From Octopus bimaculoides (lineage: Eukaryota): a stretch of DNA of 64,000 nt. A model generated the notes under the pieces. The model searched no databases. It saw nothing but the letters and a program-made list of their open reading frames with translations, and was not told the DNA's origin. The DNA is taken from the NCBI RefSeq assembly GCF_001194135.2, contig NC_069002.1, positions 1,591,065-1,655,064 of the forward strand, written 5' to 3'. This document shows, one piece after another, positions 55,601-64,000 of this stretch; position 1 is the first letter of the stretch, and the number at the start of each line of letters is the position of its first letter. The translations under genes were made by a program, and so were the position numbers.

Positions 55601-58600
55601 AGATCAATATCATTTCTCCATTCCAGTGATCGACATGATTCTCAAAGTGCATCAAAGTGGTGCAGCAGCAGCAACTACCACAACAACAACTGATGCTGCT
55701 AAAGATGAGACCAGGAGTGCAATGGTGATGTCTGGTACCAGCTGTCAACTGGGGGAGGACATGGCTACATTTAGTACTAAACCTTACAACCAAATGTCTT
55801 TTGACAACTGTAAGCAAACTTTTTAGGTTAAACCTTAATATTTTTCCTTGTTCTTGTTTATTTAGCCCAAGGCCTGTCTTGATTGAGAAGTCTTAAAATG
55901 ATCAAAGGCATTCCAGCCAAGCTGTTATTTCTAGCATGTTAAGTGACAATGTAGAAGCCCTCTTCTTGGCTGGTGTATTTTGTTGGTTTATGGCTGGCTT
56001 ATATGATGTTGGGGATAATTTTGGTGATGCTAATGAGTATGATGGTTATGATGATGATGATGATGAAGATGAGGATAAAAATGACGATGATGATGATGAT
56101 TATGATGTGTCACTGGTTTTAAGTATTACTTAAAGTAGCCCGTTTCTGTTCCTCTCTTTTCCAGTTTGCCTAGAATGCAACTACAACAGCAACACCAGTA
56201 GCAATGGCAGCAGCAGCAGCAGCAAGGCTCCATGTCAGATCCACAACACAAATTACTGTGATATTCCCGATAACCCTATCCCTTCTCGAGCTCGTCTCTC
56301 AACACCTTCGCTTCTTTACCTGAAAACTACCTCAGCTCATGGTTACACAGACACTCTGGGTTAGTTGTTTCCCATTTGCTCACTCCCTCCTCCCCATCAG
56401 CTCTTCTTTAAGTTAATCTGTTACTCTGTTAATCTGTTAATCTGTTACATTGTGTACCATTAGCAGAGTGGACTCTCTTGCAAGAAATCAGGCCAAATCT
56501 CCGCTTTGAGAATAATTTCCTACCTCCCCCCCATCTTGGTTGGCCAGAGAAAAAATGATAGGCTCTGCCTTCCCACCTGACAGAAAAATACTGTATGTAT
56601 CCTGAGAGTGAGTGTCTTGGAGTCGAGGGACAACCAGCGATCACTGATTAATCTCCCAAAAATCAGGGTTTTAATAATTGCTCATACCTGAATTCTCAGA
56701 ACCGTATTCTGTGAAAGATTTCTCTTTGACAAAAGTTTAGAATTCAAATATAGGCAGTAATTTTAACCAATGGGACACTAATAATTATGCCTATTCGGCC
56801 AACATGACCATTACGTCATATTACCGCCATTTACGACTTGCTTGCTACATTATTATTATTATTATTATTATTATTGTTCTGTTCTTTTGTAGGAGTGTGG
56901 GCAAAAGAAACCGTTCCTTGCCGAAGCCGGTTTGGTCCATTCGTTGCCAAAGTGAAGGGGAAATGTCCAGTGGATTCACAAAAGACATCAGATTTCCCCA
57001 TTTGGATGGTAAGTATATTGTATCTCTGGATCTAGCATTCTCCATCACATCCTGCAACACTCCACAACCTATTGAGGTACATTTTTACATCTTCATTTAA
57101 GGCAGCAAGCTGGCGGAATTATCGGAGTGCCGGACAAAATGTTTAATGGCATTTCGTCTGTCGTCACATTCTCCCGTCTTAATTACATATTTCATATTTT
57201 AACATTGTATGAGTTAATTCCCTTGGATTATTGTGTTGGATAGAGTTCACTCCCTTAATGCGTTCGCTCTGTCTTTCTCTCCCCCTCTCTCTCTCTGGGC
57301 TGATTGGCACTCTGGAGATGATGTTATCGTCTTGTCCCCTTTCCTGAAATTGCTGGCCTTGTGCCAATATATGAAACCCATATTTTATACTTTCTCTCTT
57401 TCAGATGTTCTTAGTCAATCATTTTAAACTAACTCCAATTAGTTCTTAATTATCAGTCTACATGGAACCATGCCTCATTAACCATTCTCCAACCTCTTTC
57501 ATTCTTTTATTGCAGATCTTCTCCAAAGATGGACAAACTGCTGATGTCCTTGATGTCAACGATGAGAATGAGTGCAACTGGATGATGTTTGTGAAACCAG
57601 CTCGGTCATCAGAGGAGCAGAACTTGGTAGCGTACCAACAACAACATAGTATTTACTTCATGACATGCTGTGATGTTCAACCACACCAAGAACTCTTGGT
57701 TTGGTACTCCAACGATTATGCGAGTGCGTTGGGTAAGGCTGACGGTTTTATTATGTTTTGCTCCAGGTTGTCCTTTGTAGGCTTGTTTCTTCTTTCACTA
57801 CAAACACATGCATTCAACCCTTAACCCTTTTTATTATTATTATTATTATTATTACCTTTGCTCAGCTTCTAACGCTGGAAGATGTACTACGGTGTCAGCT
57901 GTTCACTACCAGTGAACTAAGGTAACACCTCTTATTTTTCGAGCACCTTCCGGAGTATTCGAGCGGTCCCAAGCAGTGCTGTTGTCTGCAAGTGTTCCAC
58001 CCTTATTGCAGCCCCTATTTGTTCCACGTATTTCTCAAAATTTTTACTCACTGTTCCCAGGGCTCCGACAATTATTGGTACTACTGCTACCTTTTTCATC
58101 GACCACAACTGCTTCACTTCCCAAGCTAACCTGTCATATCTCTCGAATTTTCTTTCTTCCTTATCGCATACCTTGTTGTCAGCTGGACATGCTATATCTA
58201 TGATCCAGCATAGTTTGTTTTCTTTCTCAATGCCCGGCTTCCTATTCTCTATCGCTTGGTCGCACTGAATCATAAAATCCCATCGGATCTTTGCATTTCT
58301 ATTTCCGACGATGCCTTCAGGTTTGTGGTCGTACCAACTTTTTGCTCTGTCAAGTCCATACTTGTTGCAAAGTGTCCAATGGCTATATTGCCTGGCTATA
58401 TTGTCATGAAAAGACATCCACATATCTGATTGCATATCCGATTTGGACCACCAAGAGCTGCATATAATTTCTGACCTTTGTGGATCTTAAAATGTCTTTT
58501 ATATATATTGATTGATTGATATGTATAATGTTGTTGTTGCTATTACCCACAGGTGTGCCATTGAAGGCCAACATTACCTTGAACTGTTGCGTATGCAGAA

Positions 58601-60382
58601 AACCATTTGCCAGTCACAAACTCCTGGCGCAGCATGTCAGGTCAATGCATCCCGATGCCAGTGTTCGCCGATGGCACTGCCAATTTTGTAATAGAGGTTT
58701 TACGTCAATGACCAAGTTAAAGACTCATCTATTGACCCACATCGGTGCCAAGCCCCACTCTTGTTCCCAGTGTGGGAAGCGATTCACAGACCAAAGCAAC
58801 CTCCGTACGCACCAGTCCATTCACACAGGTAAGTACCACATGGCATGATTGAATGAATTCCTTTGCTGCATTTTCATTTCATTGACTTAGTCAACCAGGC
58901 ATGGCTGTGTGGTAAGAAGTTTGACATTGTAAAATAATATTGTTACATGGTGGCATTTTAAAATGTCAACATTTTACTCTATTAACATTATGCTATGTTG
59001 AGATTTTAACAAATTGACTGTCTAATATGTTGACAATTTAGAATTTTGACATGAGCTATGTTGACATGTCAATTTTAGTAAATGTGCATCTTATAGAAAA
59101 TAAAATAAATTCAAATCTGGAATAACTGCGAAAACAGCCTAGAAAATTAGGTAAATACCTTGAGAAGATGGGAAAAAGTTACCAGCAGGCATCTACAGAA
59201 AATTGAACACTGTACCTCTCTCAGAGAAGTACAGGGTTCAATTTTCTAGACTGTTAGATTTTCTAGGCTGTTCTCACAGCCCTCCTGTGTTCAAAATTGT
59301 CTTTATTTTCTGTAAAATACCTATCCACTTAGATGTTTCTAAGACTTTTTATTAAAAAATGGCATTGTAATATATTGAATTTAATAAGTGGTTGGCGTTA
59401 GGAAGGGCATCCAGCTGTAGAAACTCTGCCAAATTAGACTGGAGCCTGGTGTTGCCATCCGGTTTCACCAGTCCTCAGTCAAATCGTCTAACCCATGCTA
59501 GCATGGAAAGCGGACGTTAAACGATGATGATGATGATGATGATATTTTAATATATTCACAAAACACTTTTATTTAATTATTTAATTTGATGTAATTATAT
59601 TGTTTTATCTTTTGCTCCATTCAGGTGAGAGAAAATTTCCGTGCAGCGTCTGTAAGAAACAGTTTCGTCAGAAAGCTCACCTGACGTCCCACATGTTTAC
59701 TCACACAGGTGAGAAGAAGCTGCAATGCCAGTTCTGTGAGAAGATGTTCTCTCGTTCTTCTGACCTCAAACAGCATGAATACCAACACACACGCGAGAAA
59801 CTCTACAGCTGTTCGCACTGTGACAAGAGTTTCTACAAAATGCAGAACTTCAAGAAGCATCTGAAGATTCATTCTGGTGAACGGAACTTTACTTGTGTGA
59901 GGTGTCACAAGTCATTCTATACAAAGTACCACTTGAAACGGCACAGTGGCACGTGTAAGGGGAGCCGAAGTACTGCTGCTCTTGGTGTTGCTGCTGCTGG
60001 TGGTGGTGGTGGTGAGAATGATAGTGGTGTTGGTGTTGGAGGTGGGAAAGTAGCAGTGCTGCAGCAGTCTGAAAACTGTGGCCACCTCCATCTAGACACG
60101 TCTAACAACATTGATGACGGTCGAGGTGGTAATGATGAAGAAGAAGAGGATGGAAATGAGGATGAGGACGAGGATGATGATGTCATGGATAGAAATGATG
60201 AGGAAGAGGTAGAGGAGGAGGAGGAGGATGTTGAAGATGACGATGATGATAATGATGATGATGATGATGATAACGGTGGCGATGAAGATGATGATGAGGA
60301 AGAGGAAGAGGAGGACGAAGATGACGATGATGATGATGATGAGGGTGATGATTGTGAAGCACAACAAAGGACTAGGGTCTGA
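52636..60382 (+). CDS. PRDM4: PR domain zinc finger protein 4 orthologue (zinc knuckle + PR/SET + 7 zinc fingers + acidic tail), ~921 aa
   Basis: Exons 52636-52897 (acceptor at 52626), 53937-54671, 55603-55809, 56165-56359, 56893-57008, 57516-57732, 58553-58828, 59625-60382; total 2766 nt, in frame. PR domain PSRARLS..GVW..FGP..DENECNWMMFV..EEQNLVAY..ELLVWYS.DYA. Fingers SNLRTH, QKAHLTSH, DLKQH and terminal C2HC TKYHLKRHSGTCKG match vertebrate PRDM4. The start codon is the least certain part. Confidence 0.88.
55211..55290. repeat. 23-bp minisatellite, ~3.5 copies
   Basis: Unit tattttgacctttcacttcattg. Confidence 0.88.
55300..55510 (+). mobile_element. SINE family A copy in PRDM4 intron
   Basis: ggagttggcagaactg..ctgagttcaaatcccactgagg..ctggccttgtgcc. 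Confidence 0.75.
57855..58495 (-). mobile_element. 5'-truncated R4/Dong-clade non-LTR retrotransposon (restriction-like endonuclease C-terminus) in PRDM4 intron
   Basis: ORF 57932-58435: HDNIAR..HWTLCNKYGL..WYDHKPE..KIRWDFMIQCD..RKPG..CWIIDIACP..KEERK..VVPIIVGALG..LQTTALLGTARILRKVL. This is the typical RLE C-terminus of R4/Dong elements. It is followed by a short 3'UTR and (TAA)8 at 57831-57854. Confidence 0.85.
59091..59315. repeat. Nested inverted repeat (foldback) in PRDM4 intron
   Basis: Stems: 59197-59215/59229-59247 (18/19 complementary), 59128-59147/59258-59277 (18/20), 59091-59105/59301-59315 (13/15). Confidence 0.8.
59385..59545 (+). mobile_element. SINE family D (aggaagggcatccagc type) with (GAT)n tail
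   Basis: gtggttggcgttaggaagggcatccagctgtagaaactctgcc..gcatggaaagcggacgttaaacgatgatgat. Related copies at about 19250-19410, 20800-20965 and 33330-33500. Confidence 0.72.
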
Positions 60383-61223
60383 AGCAAAACATCTTCAACA
60401 TTATTGAGGGTAATTGTTATTATCATTAACATCATCATCATCATCATCATCATCATCATTATTACTATTATCATTATTATTATTAAAGATGACAAGCTTG
60501 TAGAATTCTTAGCAAGCCAGGCAAAATGCTTAGCGGCATTTCATCTGTCGTCACATTCAGAGTTCAAATTTCACTGTTTCCGGAAGTGAATTATTCAAAC
60601 CCCAAAGAATCCCTCTCAACACATGGCCATGATGCTCCCTCACTACTTCTGCTCGTGATCAGAGATGCACATCGTCAGCCACCAAGGGACATGCTCAACT
60701 GGTTAAGGTCAAACAACTGACAAGCAAATCTCTGGTATTGAGCAGAATATTTGCTGTAGCCCATTTTTTATACCAAGACAAAACAATGTTCATGATAACA
60801 CTTCCAAACAGTTAAAATCAGAAGCCACTGCCTGGTACTTATCATTATTATTATTATTGTTATTATTATTGTTATTATTATTATTATTATTGTGATGATG
60901 GATGAAATGATAAAGCATTGAACTTAATAATGTCCTATATTATTTAGTTATGGTCCTTCACATTCTGTTTCAAATCCTGCTGAGGTTAACTTTGCCTTCC
61001 ATTGTTCCAGGTTGATAAAATAAATACCAGTCATGTATTGGGGTCAATTTAAATTGACTGCATTCCATGCCCTTATGTCTATGTTATAAATCATTGCTAT
61101 TATTATCATCACCGTCACTGTCACACACATTGCTGAAGACTGGGTCTTCGGATGAATAACTTGTGCACATTCCTGTCCATTAATTTTCTCAAGGCCATTA
61201 ATTTCTTCAAAGCCATTAATTAC

Positions 61224-61655
61224 CTCAGACCTGTACAACTTATTTTAACCATGTAAATGCTGGAAGAATGATCCAAATGATCCAACCCATTTTAACATTG
61301 AGACATTGAGCCGTTTTTAACATGTGAACATTTGCAGACCTATACAACTGATTTTTAACATGTGAACATTTGCAGATCTATACAACCCCTTTCAACATGC
61401 AAATATTTGCAGACCTATACAACCCATTTTAACATGTGAACATTTGTAAGCCTATACAACTGATTTTTAACATGCGGACGTTTGCAGACCTATACAACCC
61501 ATTTTAGCACGTGAATATTTGCAGACCTATACAACCCATTTTTAACATGTAAAAACTGGAAGAACTATTAAATCCATTTTAACATCTAAACATTGACAAA
61601 ACCACAGAACCCATTTTAAAATGTTAACATTTGCAGCTTTATACAACCTATTTTA
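61224..61655. repeat. 38-39-bp degenerate minisatellite array (further units at ~61895-61957)
   Basis: Unit ttttaacatgtgaacatttgcagacctatacaacccat, about 6 good and several diverged copies. Confidence 0.88.
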
Positions 61656-64000
61656 ATTAGTCAATAGATGGGCCTCTACGGGTCAAAAGCTAGTTGCTAG
61701 AAATAGCAACAGAGTCTGCAACAAAATCCAATGTGAAAAGTAGTTTTAGATACAAAAAAAAAAAAATATGCAGATGGTCATGGTTAGATTGTCATTGACT
61801 ATAAATCTATCTAATCAGGCCAGACATGGGGCTAAACACCTACATTATTTGAATGCGTAATCTTTGATGGACTTCATGAAATTTACATTGAAAATGTAAA
61901 CATTGGAAGCTCTATACAACCCAATTTAACGTGAAGATTTGCAGATCTATACAACCCTACCTGGTATATTTAAAATTAATGTAAACTATGTTAAAAAGAT
62001 GTGGAAATATGAAATTAAAAATTCTGTGATAAATAAAAAAATATAGGAAGTGAATTTTTGCTTTGGTCTTCTCAATAAAACTGGTGAAGATGTGTTGTAT
62101 TGTGTTTAGGATTAATGTGATTGATGTGGATAAGCATGTGTGTGTATATGTGGATGATGGCCTTCCCATCGAAGACAACGTATGAGCGTTCGGCTGTTTT
62201 GCCAAACAACCTGCACAAATGGTTTGTTTATAGCGATCAAATGTTCGTGCCGCACATTAGCTCACTCTCGTTCCATCAAATCGGTGTTGTCTGAACGGGT
62301 GTCACAGTGTGCCGCACGTCAGGTGTATAATGTGTGTATACGTGTGTGAGAGTCTATAGGAGTGTGTTTGCGTGGATATGTGTGTACGTGTGTGCATGCG
62401 TATGTCATTATGTACGCGTATGTGAGAGTATGTATGTGCACCTGTGAGTGTGTGTAATTGCGCATATGCATGTATGATTGTAGCTTTGAGCGCGTGCGTG
62501 CATATGCGTGTGTGTATGTGACTACGTATGCATGTGCATGTGTGTCCCAGGATGTTCCCACCATTTCCTTCATGACCATCACTTCCCTCACCACCTTCAT
62601 CATCATCATCACCATCGACATCATCTTCATCCCCGTCATCATCATCGTCAACGTCATCGTTGTTATCGCCATATCCGTACAAATAACACATTCTGGCGCG
62701 CCACTTCCCTCCTCACTTCATCTCACGCTGCCCCGCGATCATTTCAGAGGTATTGTTAGGCATATATAAAACTAGATTACGTTATGTAACGTAAACCTTC
62801 CTTTTCAAAGACGACAGATATTTGGCTGCTATTTCAAGCAGATCTGGCTACAGCATAGGCGCTCCTTTGGTGACTCAAATTTTTGTCCGTCTCTTTTAGA
62901 GAAGTGCATTAACAATATATCAATAATTTACTGGTTATACGCAACCTAATATGCACGTCACATGTACACCAATACATTTATTTATATATGTATATATATA
63001 TGTATACATATGTGTGTGTGTATATATATATATGTAAATGCATATATGTGTGTGTTGACCTTAAGCGTTGTCAAAAGAAATCATTGCAAGGTTATATCGA
63101 TCCCACGTCCAAATATATACATAAATATGTGCGTGCGCTCGATGTAGCAGGTGCTATCAATTTGTTCGCTTATCTATCCATCTACCTACCTACCTACCTA
63201 CCTACCTACCTACTTATCACTCCACCTCCACAACTCCCTAAAGGCCTAACTGATCTTCTCCATTAAATCATCTATCTATCTATCTATCTATCTAAGGAAT
63301 GAGTCCTGGGGTCGATTTGTTCGACGAAAGGCAGTGCTCCAGCATGACCACAGCCAAATGCGTGAAACAAATAAAAGATTAAAAGAATATATATATATAT
63401 ATATATATATATANNNNNNNNNNNNNNNNNNNNNNNNNNNNNNNNNNNNNNNNNNNNNNNNNNNNNNNNNNNNNNNNNNNNNNNNNNNNNNNNNNNNNNN
63501 NNNNNNNNNNNNNNNNNNNNNNNNNNNNNNNNNNNNNNNNNNNNNNNNNNNNNNNNNNNNNNNNNNNNNATACAAAGAATATATATACATGTATACACAC
63601 ATATATGTACATACTTACATCTACATGTGTATATACATGCATATCAGGGTACAGGACGTTAGAACAATAAACTACAGACAACGGAACGAACATATAGGAA
63701 AACGGAAAGCCACTTGGAATATCCCTTCATCAGCTGTCTCTATTCTATCTAGACGTTTCGAAGATAAGACAGAACGTACTCTAGAATAGTCTCTTCCTGA
63801 GTAGTGGATATATATATATATATATGCGTACTCACATATATACGACGAGCTTCTTTCGACCTCTGTTTACAGAATCCACTCACAAGGCTTTGGTTGGCCT
63901 GGGGTTATAGTAAAATACATTTGTTCAAGGTGCTGCACAGTAGGGCTGAAACCGAAACCACATGGTCGGGTTGCGCAAAGTTCTCAGCCACAAAATCATG

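Noticed and set aside
56165-60382. Calling the PR protein PRDM1, PRDM9 or PRDM10
   Set aside because: Finger number and sequence, including the terminal C2HC TKYHL.RH..TCKG, and the DENECNWMMFV motif match PRDM4. There is no KRAB/SSXRD domain or tandem minisatellite finger array.

Overview
Eukaryotic, AT-rich, gap-containing scaffold packed with microsatellites and tRNA-type SINEs. The repeat content points to a coleoid cephalopod, most likely Octopus (inference). I reconstructed four spliced protein-coding genes by hand, with GT-AG junctions and consistent intron phases. (1) TRMT2B-like m5U methyltransferase with a mitochondrial-presequence-like N-terminus (-, 16277-24895; two exons probably hidden in N gaps). 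(2) MEAF6/EAF6 (+, 27022-31052). (3) An SPFH/Band-7 membrane protein (-, ATG 40086) with two intact, tandemly duplicated last exons. (4) A PRDM4 orthologue (+, 52636-60382) with zinc knuckle, PR/SET domain and 7 zinc fingers. They form two divergent pairs. Mobile DNA includes a truncated mariner, mariner-derived MITEs, an R4/Dong-type retroposon 3' end next to (TAA)n, and a 574-bp foldback element with an 8-bp TSD and head-to-head telomeric repeats. Best leads: the duplicated SPFH last exon, an RFX X-box with a candidate first exon of an unrecognised minus-strand gene near 15.1-15.3 kb, and a microsatellite-expanded PRDM4 zinc knuckle. Most ORF-track entries are microsatellite or gap artefacts. 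No databases or tools were run; family assignments rest on recalled motifs.
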